Shown here: positions 28,524 to 37,998 of the stretch, one piece after another
Layout of the letters: every line of letters starts with the position of its first letter
Numbering within the stretch: position 1 is the stretch's first letter
Assembly: GCA_963823335.1 (NCBI GenBank)
Contig: CAWGLD010000001.1
Location: 544,001-608,000, forward strand
Source of the DNA: an uncultured delta proteobacterium
GTDB taxonomy: Bacteria > Desulfobacterota > Desulfobacteria > Desulfobacterales > B30-G6
DNA length: 64,000 bases
Direction of reading: 5' to 3'
Translations under genes and position numbers: made by a program
The notes under the pieces: generated by a model
Told to the model about the DNA's origin: nothing
Databases searched by the model: none
Seen by the model: only the letters and a program-made list of their open reading frames with translations

Positions 28524-29735
28524 ATGCCAAAGCAGATCCTGATCATATCCACCCTGGACACCAAAGGGGTGGAAACACGTTACTTGAAGCAGAAAATCGA
28601 GGCGCTGGGTCTTTCCGCCATCCTCATGGATCTGTCCATGCGCGCTGACGTTAAACTGCCGGCTGAAATAACCAATGCCCAGGTGGCTGAAGCAGGCGGC
28701 AGCAGCATCGAAGAAATCGGGCAATCCCGTGAACGAAGCAAGATCACGAAAATCATGACGTCCGGGGCTTCCAAGCTGGCAAGGCAGTATTATGGCGAGG
28801 GCAGAATCGACGGTGTAATTGCAATGGGCGGATCCACCGGCACCCTGATGGCATCCGATGTGATGCGGTCCCTCCCTTTTGGTGTTCCCAAGACAGTTAT
28901 ATCTTCTACGGCAGCACTTCCCGGTCTTTCCACCAGGTATATCGGAACAGGGGATATTACGCTGTTTCATTCGGTAATCGAAATTTCCGGTCTTTCCAAT
29001 TTGTTAAAAAACGTGATGGACAGGGCAGCACACGCCATCACCGCCATGGTTCATGAGACAGTCACACCCCTGGTTACGGGCGAGGGAAAAGCCATCGCCC
29101 TGACCATGCTGGGTCCCTGTGAAAAATGTGCCAGCTTTGTCCGTATTGCCCTTGAAAAAGAAGGCTATCAGGTCATCGGCTTCTCCGCAGCCGGTGTGGG
29201 TGATCGGGCCATGGAACAGATGATCGCCGAAGGGTTTTTTCAGGGTGTCATCGACCTGGCGCCGGGTGGGGTCGGGGAGCATCTTTTCGGTTTTATGAGA
29301 GATGCAGGCCCGAATCGACTGGAAAATGCAGGCAGGATGGGAATTCCAATGATTGTTTCCACCTGCAGCGTCAATCACATGACACCCTCAAAGTCCAGAT
29401 ACCAAGCCGAATACCACCAGCGCCGCAAATATGACCTGGATAAATTTCGCACCTGGATACGATTGTCGCCGGAAGAGCTGCAGAGCGTTGCGCAAGCCTT
29501 TGCCGCGAAATTGAACAAAGCCGGCGGCCCGGTAAAATTCCTGATACCGCAGAATGGTTGGTCTTCGGTGGACCAGCCCGGCAATCCGACCCACGATCCA
29601 CAGGAGGACCGCATCTTCGTTGAGGTGCTGCAACAAAACCTGCGCCCGGACATCGACATCCTGGAAATACAGGCCAATATGGAAGACCCGGTCTTTGCCC
29701 AGGCTGTTGTTGAAACGGCATTGCATCTATTTTAA
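28524..29735 (+). CDS. Tm-1-like ATP-binding protein (UPF0261), paralog 3
   Basis: STLDTKGVE, GGSTGT, LPFGVPKTVISS, GDRAMEQM. Confidence 0.88.
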   Translation: MPKQILIISTLDTKGVETRYLKQKIEALGLSAILMDLSMRADVKLPAEITNAQVAEAGGSSIEEIGQSRERSKITKIMTSGASKLARQYYGEGRIDGVIAMGGSTGTLMASDVMRSLPFGVPKTVISSTAALPGLSTRYIGTGDITLFHSVIEISGLSNLLKNVMDRAAHAITAMVHETVTPLVTGEGKAIALTMLGPCEKCASFVRIALEKEGYQVIGFSAAGVGDRAMEQMIAEGFFQGVIDLAPGGVGEHLFGFMRDAGPNRLENAGRMGIPMIVSTCSVNHMTPSKSRYQAEYHQRRKYDLDKFRTWIRLSPEELQSVAQAFAAKLNKAGGPVKFLIPQNGWSSVDQPGNPTHDPQEDRIFVEVLQQNLRPDIDILEIQANMEDPVFAQAVVETALHLF

Positions 29736-29908
29736 TTGACCATATGCCTCTTGAAAAAGTAGCTCCTCTGGGATAAAGAATCGATTCTTTATTCTGCTGG
29801 GAAGCGAGGATGCTTGGAGACTGGGATGCTGCTGTCCGTTTTTATCTCTCAGCCACCCTCGAATCCTTGGCCTCTGGAACCCTTTTTCCTAAAAAAAGCG
29901 AGGTACCC

Positions 29909-30514
29909 ATGTCCAAACGAATTGTCATAGGAATATCCGGTGCAAGCGGTGTGACGTACGGTGTGCGCCTGCTCAGCCTGCTGAAAGACAGTGATTATGA
30001 AACGCACCTGATCTTGTCCGAATCCGGCAAACTCAATATCAAGATCGAGACAGCCTACACACCCGAGGAAGTCCAGGCCATGGCCAGTCATGTGTATGAC
30101 CACAAAGACATGGCCGCCGCTCTGTCATCCGGTTCTTTCCTGACCCAGGGCATGGTGGTGGTCCCGTGTACCATAAAGACCTTGTCCGGGATTGCCAACT
30201 CATATAACGAGAACCTTCTTGTGCGGGCCGCCGATGTCACATTAAAGGAAAAACGCAAACTGGTTCTGGTGGTGAGAGAAACGCCCCTGCACCTCGGTCA
30301 CCTGCGCCTCATGACACTGGCGGCGGAAATGGGAGCCCTTATTGTACCGCCGGTGCCCTCCTTTTATCATCAACCCGAAACCCTCCAGGACATCATCGAT
30401 CAAACCATCGGCAAGGTATTCGATTACCTCGGTATCGAACACGCGCTTTTTAATCGCTGGGGTGAGAACAAAAGAATGCCCAGGACACCCGATGCCTCAT
30501 TAAAAGCACTTTAA
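29909..30514 (+). CDS. ubiX: Flavin prenyltransferase
   Basis: IGISGASG, SSGSF, PCTIKTL, RAADVTLKEKRKLVLVVRETP, PSFYHQP; start ATG 29909. Confidence 0.93.
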   Translation: MSKRIVIGISGASGVTYGVRLLSLLKDSDYETHLILSESGKLNIKIETAYTPEEVQAMASHVYDHKDMAAALSSGSFLTQGMVVVPCTIKTLSGIANSYNENLLVRAADVTLKEKRKLVLVVRETPLHLGHLRLMTLAAEMGALIVPPVPSFYHQPETLQDIIDQTIGKVFDYLGIEHALFNRWGENKRMPRTPDASLKAL

Positions 30515-30557
30515 AGGTGAGAATCTCTTTCCTCGGGGTGAGCTTTGATTCTCTGTT

Positions 30558-31259
30558 TTAGGCGCCCTCATCTCCCCCGGGAAACCCGGGGCTTCCGGCA
30601 ATACCTGTTCGTTTGCGGGAGCGCGGGCCCGCGGCGCCTTCAGATCGCCAGTCCTGTGGTTTCCGCACCTCATGGATCAAGTGAAGTTTATTCTGTCGCT
30701 GAAGCCTTTCATAGATCTGCCCCCATGCACAGGGAACCTCCGGGTTGATTTCACAGCTGACGCCGTTGCTTCCCCCGCAAGGGCCGTTCAACAGGCTCTT
30801 TGCACATCGGGCGATCGGACAAATACCGCCGGTATAGGTCAGCAGGCAGTCGCCACATCCCCGGCACATTTCCTGCCATAGGCCCGGTTCAAAAGAGGCA
30901 CCAAGAAAGGTTGTGTTCAATGCCGGAATCACAGGCAGGGGATCAAAAGCATCGGCCAGGGTCTGTACACCGGCCCCGCAGGCCAGAGAGATAACGGCAT
31001 CGGTCCCTTGGGGAAGCTCGTGATAGGATTGGACGAGATCCAGCTCGCATTGCCTTAATATAACATCGACGGTTATGGGTGACGGCTCGGCCCCGTGGTA
31101 CACTTTGCGGTTGAGCTCTTGGGCGAGCATCTGCACCTCGCGGTCTCCGCCGGAAAGACACACGGAAACACAGCTTCCACAACCGACGATGGAAATTTTT
31201 TCATAACCGGAAATAGATCGAATGATCTCCTCGATGGGTTTGATATCACCGACAATCAT
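30558..31259 (-). CDS. Methylenetetrahydrofolate reductase C-terminal-domain (MetV-like) Cys-rich protein
   Basis: GCGSCVSVC, RQCE, ACGAGVQ, CRGCGDC, CPIARCAKSLLNGPCGG, CAW. Confidence 0.8.
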   Translation of the reverse strand: MIVGDIKPIEEIIRSISGYEKISIVGCGSCVSVCLSGGDREVQMLAQELNRKVYHGAEPSPITVDVILRQCELDLVQSYHELPQGTDAVISLACGAGVQTLADAFDPLPVIPALNTTFLGASFEPGLWQEMCRGCGDCLLTYTGGICPIARCAKSLLNGPCGGSNGVSCEINPEVPCAWGQIYERLQRQNKLHLIHEVRKPQDWRSEGAAGPRSRKRTGIAGSPGFPGGDEGA

Positions 31260-31268
31260 GACATAGCC

Positions 31269-31649
31269 TCATTTTTTTTCCATAAAGTGGGCCTTGACTT
31301 TGAGCGTCAGGGCCGGCTTGTGGCGTTCGCAAACAGGCGCTTCAAGTTTGCCCAGCTTTTCAGCAAGTGTTTCTCCAAAAGCGGCGGTATAAATCGGCTC
31401 GCCACACACACGGCAGTGCTCCAGATCGAGGGAGATGACCTCATCCCAGCGGTTTTGGAGCATATATTGAAATTCGACGGCATCCTGAGGGCACACACGC
31501 CAGCAATTCCCGCAGCGGGCGCATTTTGCCATATTGTGGCGAAGTTTTCTCTTTTTAGCATCATCCTGAACATCGATGGCATTGGCAGGACAATTCTGTA
31601 AACAGGCCAGACACCCGTTACATTTGCTGTTGACCTGGAAAAAGTTCAT
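31269..31649 (-). CDS. 2[4Fe-4S] ferredoxin-domain protein with C-terminal Cys motif
   Basis: CNGCLACLQNCP, CARCGNCWRVCP, CRVC...CERH. Confidence 0.85.
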   Translation of the reverse strand: MNFFQVNSKCNGCLACLQNCPANAIDVQDDAKKRKLRHNMAKCARCGNCWRVCPQDAVEFQYMLQNRWDEVISLDLEHCRVCGEPIYTAAFGETLAEKLGKLEAPVCERHKPALTLKVKAHFMEKK

Positions 31650-31650
31650 C

Positions 31651-32241
31651 TCAGTACTTCCTCCTTAAACAGGCGGATTTGCGGATATTGGCCGTTTGAA
31701 GCATGTCGGCATCGTCCCATCGCAATGCACCGGGTTCGCAAAAATGAACACACTGCGGGTTTCCATTACACACATCGCACTTGAAAATCACCTGTCGGAT
31801 TTCGTCGAAACCGATGGCCGCATAGGGACAGGCAGCCATACACGCTCGACAGGATACACATCGGTCATAATCCACCATGACCCTTCCCCAATCGTCATTC
31901 CAGACCATGGCCTCTTTGGGGCAGACAGCCATGCAAGGCGCATCCGCACACTGCTGACAACAATTCGGTAAAAAGACATCACCCGTGTGCCATGCAATTA
32001 CACGAATTCGAGATCGGGAAGTATCGATGTCGCCCAGATGGAAAAGAGAACAGGCAATTTCGCAGAGCCTGCACCCATTGCACTTTTGTGGATGAATTGT
32101 AATGACTTTCTGTGAGACGTGCGCTTCTTCCGGCCGTGGGGCCAGCACGTTAAAGTCACCGTTTTTCAGTCGCTCCACGATATCTTCCGGGAGGCTGCTT
32201 TTTGTCTCCTGGCCAGCTTTGCAGAAACGCGTGTCGATCAT
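31651..32241 (-). CDS. 4Fe-4S dicluster (DmsB/CooF-like) electron transfer protein
   Basis: CNGCRLCEIAC, CQQCADAPCMAVCP, CVSCRACMAACP, KCDVC...CVHFC. Confidence 0.85.
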   Translation of the reverse strand: MIDTRFCKAGQETKSSLPEDIVERLKNGDFNVLAPRPEEAHVSQKVITIHPQKCNGCRLCEIACSLFHLGDIDTSRSRIRVIAWHTGDVFLPNCCQQCADAPCMAVCPKEAMVWNDDWGRVMVDYDRCVSCRACMAACPYAAIGFDEIRQVIFKCDVCNGNPQCVHFCEPGALRWDDADMLQTANIRKSACLRRKY

Positions 32242-32271
32242 GTTGGATCACCTATTTCGTCACAACTTATT

Positions 32272-32287
32272 GTTCATTATATTGAAC
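32272..32287. promoter_or_regulatory. Palindromic operator candidate between divergent Fe-S and AOR operons
   Basis: GTTCA-TTATAT-TGAAC; IclR-like box, and an IclR gene lies at 37209. Confidence 0.4.
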
Positions 32288-32573
32288 GCAATATGACAGT
32301 ACTTTATCGACTAAAATGAATCCTTGTCAACTATAAAATGATAGATTACAGCTCTTGTCATACGTATGTTCCGTTTGGCCTATTTGCAAAACAAGCGTTT
32401 GTTTGAAGTTGTTTGCCGAAGCAGCTTCGGAACGTTGTTCTGACAAACTGTCTACAGGGATTATGTGTATTTTGCCCTTGACACCGGGGCCTGTTTTCAA
32501 CTATAACCACACCATAATAATTCATCCTAATGAACAAACCCTTTTTGTGAAACAAACAGATGAGGAGCATGCC

Positions 32574-32879
32574 ATGGCCATCGACTCAAAAAATCTATCA
32601 TCAGCCGAATCGTTACAGAAAGCCCGCACCTTCGGCAAAATCAGATGCCACAACCCCAGCTGCATGGAAAGGATGGAGCCGTCTCCCGGCGACGATCACG
32701 TCAAATGCGCAACCTGTGGCATGGAGTTTCGGCTCTTCTGGGTGCGCCCGGACCTGCCGCGAATCCGCGGACCGGTCTGGGATGTCAATCGTAAAATTGC
32801 GGAGCAGAAGTTGGCCGAGAAATTAAAAAAAGCCAGCCCGGTCTCAAAGAAAAAAATCAAAAAAGAGGGGGTATCCTAA
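32574..32879 (+). CDS. Small Cys-motif (Zn-ribbon-like) hypothetical protein
   Basis: RBS GAGGAG; CHNPSC...CATC; stop 1 nt before the AOR start. Confidence 0.7.
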   Translation: MAIDSKNLSSAESLQKARTFGKIRCHNPSCMERMEPSPGDDHVKCATCGMEFRLFWVRPDLPRIRGPVWDVNRKIAEQKLAEKLKKASPVSKKKIKKEGVS

Positions 32880-32880
32880 G

Positions 32881-34821
32881 ATGGCATTAGATCGAAAAAT
32901 TGCATACATCGATCTTTCCGAAGGCAAGATTGAATCCAAGCCGATCCCGATTGAAATTCGAAAAAAATACCTGGGTGGCCGGGGGCTCGATGCATACCTG
33001 CTGTACAACCATGCGCCCAAAGGGTGTGATCCTCTGGGTCCTGAAAACCCATTATTGATCAGCGGCGGCATTCTTACGGCAACATGCGCCTCAGCCACGG
33101 CCCGGACACACATCATGGCCAAATCACCCCTGACCGGTCTTTTGGGAAGTGCCAACATGGGCGGATTCTTTGCCCCTGAACTGGCATGGGCCGGCTATCA
33201 TCACCTGGTCATCACAGGTAAGGCAAAAAAGCCTGTATATATCTGGATTCACAACGGCACCATCGAAATTCGTGACGCCGCGCATCTGTGGGGCAAAACG
33301 ACCACGGAAACCCAATGGGCCATCCGTGAGGAACTGAATGACGATGAAATCAAGAGCGCCGTTATTGGTCAGGCCGGTGAAAACCTGGTGCGCTATGCCA
33401 ATGTAATGACCGGCGTCAAAAATGCCGCCGGCCGGACAGGCATGGGCTGCGTCATGGGATCGAAAAACCTGAAGGCCGTGGCCGTACGCGGAACCATGGA
33501 CATCAAAATCGCCCACCCCATCGAAGCCCTGGACCACAATAAACGCTTCATCGATCAGATCACCAGCGCCAAGGTAAACAAAACCCAGGGCACATTGGGC
33601 ACGCCTTTTATATGGGGGGCTACCAACAGCTGGGGTGGTGTGCGCAACCGCAATTTTCAATACAACCAGCTTGAAAACGCCGACGACATCGAGCCCGAAA
33701 GAATCGACGAGATCGCCACGGAAACCATGGGGCCCTACCACATGGCGGGATGTTTTGGCTGCCAGGTCCATTGCCGGGCCCAGTACAAGATTCCATCGGG
33801 ACCCTATGCCGGAAAGTACGATGAGGGTCCGGAATACACATCCCAGGGAGCCTTCGGGGCTGAACCGGACTGCACAAAAGCGGAAACGGTTCTGACAGGC
33901 AATCACCTGGTCGATCAGTACGGTGTGGACAACCTGGAGATCGGCAGCCTCATCTCCTGGGCCATGGAGCTTTTTGAACTTGGCATCATCACCACCAAAG
34001 AAACCGATGGGCTGGACCTTCGATTCGGCAATGACGAGGCCCTGCTGGAAATGATTCACCGCATCTGCCAGCGCAAGGGCTGGCTGGGAGACGCCCTGGC
34101 CGACGGCGGCATACCGGCATCCCAGAAGATCGGTAAAAAATCCTTTGATTATCTGATCCAGGTCAAAGGGATGAGCAATCTGCACTCCGACGAACGCGGT
34201 ACACCTGCCCTGGCCCTCAATATTGCCACGGCTTCCCGCGGCTCCGATCATCTGCGCAGCCGACCGGCCATCGATCTCTATCATCTTCCCGAAAAAGTGC
34301 TTCGCAAGATATATGGCAGCCCGATTCCCTATGAAGGCCCCCTGAGTTCGGAGCACACCGAATACATCGGTAAACCCTGGCAGGTTTTCTGGCAGCAGAA
34401 CTGTTATATGGCCGTCGACTGCCTGGGAATCTGTAAATACCACACGGTGTTTTTAGGCGCGACCCTGCCCAACTTCGAAGACTGGCCCAAGGTGATCTAC
34501 TACAACACGGGTCTTGAATTTACACCCCGGGAGTTATGGGAAATTGCCGAACGCTGTAACAATATCGAGAGGTTGTACAACCTGAGAGAAGGACTTGAAC
34601 GGGATGATCCTGTCAAAGGCGACACGCTCAATCACCGCTATTTCGATGAGCCCTTACGAAGAGGGGCTCCTGACATTGTCGGACTGACAATCGATCGAAA
34701 AAAGTTCAAAAAAATGGTGGATGAATTTTATACCCATAACGGTTGGGACAAAAAAGGTGTCCCAACACCCGAAACCTTGCGTCGGCTTGGTCTGGACCAG
34801 GAACCAGCCCACCTACTATAG
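32881..34821 (+). CDS. Aldehyde:ferredoxin oxidoreductase family (tungstopterin) enzyme
   Basis: LGGRG, KSPLTG, GRTGMGCVMGSKNLKA, CFGCQVHC, EGPEY, DCLGIC, GWDKKGVPT. Confidence 0.92.
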   Translation: MALDRKIAYIDLSEGKIESKPIPIEIRKKYLGGRGLDAYLLYNHAPKGCDPLGPENPLLISGGILTATCASATARTHIMAKSPLTGLLGSANMGGFFAPELAWAGYHHLVITGKAKKPVYIWIHNGTIEIRDAAHLWGKTTTETQWAIREELNDDEIKSAVIGQAGENLVRYANVMTGVKNAAGRTGMGCVMGSKNLKAVAVRGTMDIKIAHPIEALDHNKRFIDQITSAKVNKTQGTLGTPFIWGATNSWGGVRNRNFQYNQLENADDIEPERIDEIATETMGPYHMAGCFGCQVHCRAQYKIPSGPYAGKYDEGPEYTSQGAFGAEPDCTKAETVLTGNHLVDQYGVDNLEIGSLISWAMELFELGIITTKETDGLDLRFGNDEALLEMIHRICQRKGWLGDALADGGIPASQKIGKKSFDYLIQVKGMSNLHSDERGTPALALNIATASRGSDHLRSRPAIDLYHLPEKVLRKIYGSPIPYEGPLSSEHTEYIGKPWQVFWQQNCYMAVDCLGICKYHTVFLGATLPNFEDWPKVIYYNTGLEFTPRELWEIAERCNNIERLYNLREGLERDDPVKGDTLNHRYFDEPLRRGAPDIVGLTIDRKKFKKMVDEFYTHNGWDKKGVPTPETLRRLGLDQEPAHLL

Positions 34822-34846
34822 ATTATGGAATGGAGAGGAAAAGACA

Positions 34847-35344
34847 ATGGAGAAAGTTCTATCTGTCGATTTTCAGAAGTGTACCGGTTGCCGTTTGTGC
34901 GAAATCATATGTTCGGTGATGCATGACGGTGTTTCCAATCCCGCCAGAAGCAGAATCAGGATCGTGAAATGGGAAGATGAAGGCCAATATATTCCCATGA
35001 TCTGCCAGCAATGTGAGGATGCGCCCTGTCTGAATGTCTGCCCGGTGGGGGCCATATCCAGAGATGCGGATTACGGCTTTTTATCTGTCGACTACAATAC
35101 CTGTATCGGTTGCCGTTCATGTGTGAGCGTCTGCCCTTTCGGGGCCATGAACTATACCAGAATCGACAAAAAGATATTCAAATGCGACCTGTGCGGAGGG
35201 GATCCGCAGTGCGTGCGATTCTGCGAGATGAAGGCTGTGGATTATATTCCATCTGATCGTATGGGTGCCGAAAAGAAAAGAGATGCGGCCACGCGTTTTT
35301 ATGCCGCTCAAAAAAAGGCCACAGCACTCCAGGAGCCCTTTTAA
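34847..35344 (+). CDS. 4Fe-4S dicluster subunit (AOR partner)
   Basis: CTGCRLCEIIC, CQQCEDAPCLNVCP, CIGCRSCVSVCP, KCDLCGGDPQC; start ATG 34847. Confidence 0.88.
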   Translation: MEKVLSVDFQKCTGCRLCEIICSVMHDGVSNPARSRIRIVKWEDEGQYIPMICQQCEDAPCLNVCPVGAISRDADYGFLSVDYNTCIGCRSCVSVCPFGAMNYTRIDKKIFKCDLCGGDPQCVRFCEMKAVDYIPSDRMGAEKKRDAATRFYAAQKKATALQEPF

Positions 35345-35359
35345 CACGGCAAATAAAAA

Positions 35360-36802
35360 ATGGGCATCAACACAATCAAATTACGTTCCGTAGGTATCGA
35401 TGTCGGCAGCTCGACGTCGCATCTGGTATTCTCGAATCTGGTGTTGGTGAGGGATGAGATGTCCCCCTCCCGTCGCTTTAAAATCGAGCGCAGAGAGGTG
35501 ATTTATGAAGGCCGGATCATCGACACACCCCTGCACGACAACGATACGATTGACATCGATCGATTGATTGCATTTGTGAGGGATGAGTGCCGGCGGGCCG
35601 GTATCGATCCCGAAGAGATCGATACCGGTGCGGTGATCATCACGGGAGAAACGGCAAAAAAGCGCAATGCGCGCGAGATCGTGGAATCGTTGTCCAAAGA
35701 TACGGGAAAATTTGTCGCAGCAACCGCCGGACCCAACTTCGAAAGCCTGCTGGCCGCCATGGGATCCGGTGCAACGACCCGTTCAAAGGACATGCAGAAA
35801 ACCATCCTGTCCTGCGACATCGGCGGTGGAACCGCCAACATGGCCATCTCCGTCAATGGGGAGGTTGTCTCCACAAGCTGTATTTCTGTGGGTGGAAGAT
35901 TGCTGGCCATAAATTCCGACGGTACTATCCGCAAACTGGACAGACCTGCAAGAAAGATCATGCAGCATATCGGGCTGACCTACGACGTGGGGGATCGGAT
36001 CCCCAAAGCGGATATGGGCAAAATCGCGTCATGCATGGCCGACGTGCTGATGGAGGTGCTCACCGGTCCTGCTGTCACGCTACTGGCCAAACAGTTGATG
36101 ACGTCGCCCTCCCTGGATTTCCAGCATGAAATCGATGAATACTCTTTTTCAGGGGGTGTGGCCGAATTGATCTATGGGCCACCGTCCGATTACGGCGACG
36201 TGGGTGGCATGCTTGCAGAAAAACTGATGGCCCTGTTCCCCGATCTGAAGGCACCGGTGGTCGAACCGGTGAACAAGATCCGGGCCACCGTCATCGGTGC
36301 GGGAGCCTATTCATTGTCTATCTCGGGCTGCTCCGGATTTATGGATGAAAAACTGACCTTCCCCTTAAAAAACATTCCTGTGCTCAGGGTCGATGTAGAG
36401 CGCTCAAAACTGTCCGTCGAGCATGTCGTCTCCCAGGTAAATCTGGCCTATAAACGATTCGACTTACACGAAGGTGAAGAGACCGTGGCCCTGTACTTCA
36501 AAGATCCGGTTCAGGCATCCTATCCACGTCTGGAGCTGTTTGCAAAATCGATCGAAGCCGCCCTGGTCAATTCCATTCAAAAAAAGATACCGATCATTCT
36601 CATTTTTGAAAAAGACGTCGCCTGCAGTGTCGGAAATGTCATTCAGCGGGAAACCGGTTTGAAAACAAACCTGCTCTCTTTGGACGAGTTGCTTTTAGAA
36701 GATGGAGAATGGATCGATATCGGCGCGCCTTTGGTTCATCGCCAGGTGTTTCCCGTAACCGTGAAATCCCTTGTGTTCCATTCCGACCCTTCAACGTGCT
36801 GA
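35360..36802 (+). CDS. EutA-family reactivating-factor ATPase (ASKHA)
   Basis: SVGIDVGSSTSHLVFS, GAVIITGETAKKRNA, FVAATAGPNFES, DIGGGT, IRATVIGAG, PVTVKSL. Confidence 0.85.
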   Translation: MGINTIKLRSVGIDVGSSTSHLVFSNLVLVRDEMSPSRRFKIERREVIYEGRIIDTPLHDNDTIDIDRLIAFVRDECRRAGIDPEEIDTGAVIITGETAKKRNAREIVESLSKDTGKFVAATAGPNFESLLAAMGSGATTRSKDMQKTILSCDIGGGTANMAISVNGEVVSTSCISVGGRLLAINSDGTIRKLDRPARKIMQHIGLTYDVGDRIPKADMGKIASCMADVLMEVLTGPAVTLLAKQLMTSPSLDFQHEIDEYSFSGGVAELIYGPPSDYGDVGGMLAEKLMALFPDLKAPVVEPVNKIRATVIGAGAYSLSISGCSGFMDEKLTFPLKNIPVLRVDVERSKLSVEHVVSQVNLAYKRFDLHEGEETVALYFKDPVQASYPRLELFAKSIEAALVNSIQKKIPIILIFEKDVACSVGNVIQRETGLKTNLLSLDELLLEDGEWIDIGAPLVHRQVFPVTVKSLVFHSDPSTC

Positions 36803-36817
36803 CAGGATTTTTCCCTG

Positions 36818-37090
36818 TTACCCCCCTGCCAGCATAAGGGTGATCTGGATTTCATCACCATCCCCTACAGGTTTCCTGAGTTCGTCAGGGTAGGTGCTTT
36901 CCAGATTGAGGTAGATTTCGATCAGCTTGTGCAAGGTTCCGTCAGCATTATACAGAACCTTTTTCATATCGGGAAAACGGCCGACCAGATCGTTGAGACA
37001 CTCTCCGATGGTCCGGCCGGCGACCTCGATGGTTTTCTGGTTATCGGTGTACCGACGATGGCTTGAATGTATGTTGACTTTGACGCTCAT
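36818..37090 (-). CDS. MoaD/ThiS sulfur carrier
   Basis: Ubiquitin-like fold ending MLAGG; start ATG 37090. Confidence 0.85.
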   Translation of the reverse strand: MSVKVNIHSSHRRYTDNQKTIEVAGRTIGECLNDLVGRFPDMKKVLYNADGTLHKLIEIYLNLESTYPDELRKPVGDGDEIQITLMLAGG

Positions 37091-37208
37091 GTTGCAATCC
37101 TGAATCGCTGAAATTGATTTGAAACCGTTATAACTGAACCCTGTAACATGCAATATAATAAACAATTCAGATTTTTTCCATCTCTATTGTCAAAAAAGGA
37201 TCGTTTTA

Positions 37209-37997
37209 ATGTCCACCCTCGAACCGGTCACAAAACAACCGGGTTATCAAGCTCCGGCCGTTCATAAGGCTTTCCAGCTGCTTCGCACCGTCGCTGCCTC
37301 CCATAAACCTTTGGGACTCACCGAACTGGCCCAGCAGCTCGGGTACAGCAAAAGCACCACCCACGGACTGGTCCATGCGCTTTTACGGGAAGGCGCCTTG
37401 GTCCAGGAAGCCAATGGACGCGGTCTTTTCTTGGGCCCGGTGGTTTCCGACCTGACCTTTGACAGCTGGAACTACCTCAAAGTGAATGAGTTGAGCCAGC
37501 CGATTATCAATGCCATTCGCGATGCAGCCGGTGAAACGGTATTTTTCGGTGTTTTGATCAACAAACGAGTGATCATCCTGACCATCGCGGAGGCTGCCGT
37601 ACCACTGAAGATTTCCGGATCGACCGGCACCAGCATTTCACTTTTTGCCGGCGCTGTCGGTAAAGTCTTTCTGGCCGATGCAAACATTAGCGACGTAAAA
37701 CTGTTGCTGCGGAAAAATAAACTTCCACGCTACACACCGCTTTCCATCTGGAAAGAGAAAGACTACCTGCAGGAACTGGAACACGTGCGCAAGCTTGGTT
37801 ATGCCGTTGACAACGAAGAATATCTGACCGGAGTGAAGGCGGTGGCCGTGGCTCTCCACAACCAGAAGGGCCCTCCCATGGCGGTCTGGGTCGTTGGATT
37901 GTCCAGTTCCATGACCAGGGCAAAAATGGACTGGATAATCGACAGTCTTGTTGTAAAAGCTGACATGCTCCGTCAAACATTGGCCGAAAACATGTGA
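37209..37997 (+). CDS. IclR-family regulator
   Basis: AVHKAFQLL...LGYSKSTTHGL HTH; AVGKVFLA, GYAVDNEEY. Confidence 0.9.
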   Translation: MSTLEPVTKQPGYQAPAVHKAFQLLRTVAASHKPLGLTELAQQLGYSKSTTHGLVHALLREGALVQEANGRGLFLGPVVSDLTFDSWNYLKVNELSQPIINAIRDAAGETVFFGVLINKRVIILTIAEAAVPLKISGSTGTSISLFAGAVGKVFLADANISDVKLLLRKNKLPRYTPLSIWKEKDYLQELEHVRKLGYAVDNEEYLTGVKAVAVALHNQKGPPMAVWVVGLSSSMTRAKMDWIIDSLVVKADMLRQTLAENM

Positions 37998-37998
37998 C

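Noticed and set aside
33124-34443. Long antisense ORFs (also 6554-7603, 41422-42516, 18877-19734 and similar)
   Set aside because: Shadow frames of well-supported genes with no recognisable motifs.
32881-34821. Class II benzoyl-CoA reductase BamB
   Set aside because: Retains the AOR-type EGPEY motif; no bamDEFGHI in the window. A phylogeny is needed for certainty.
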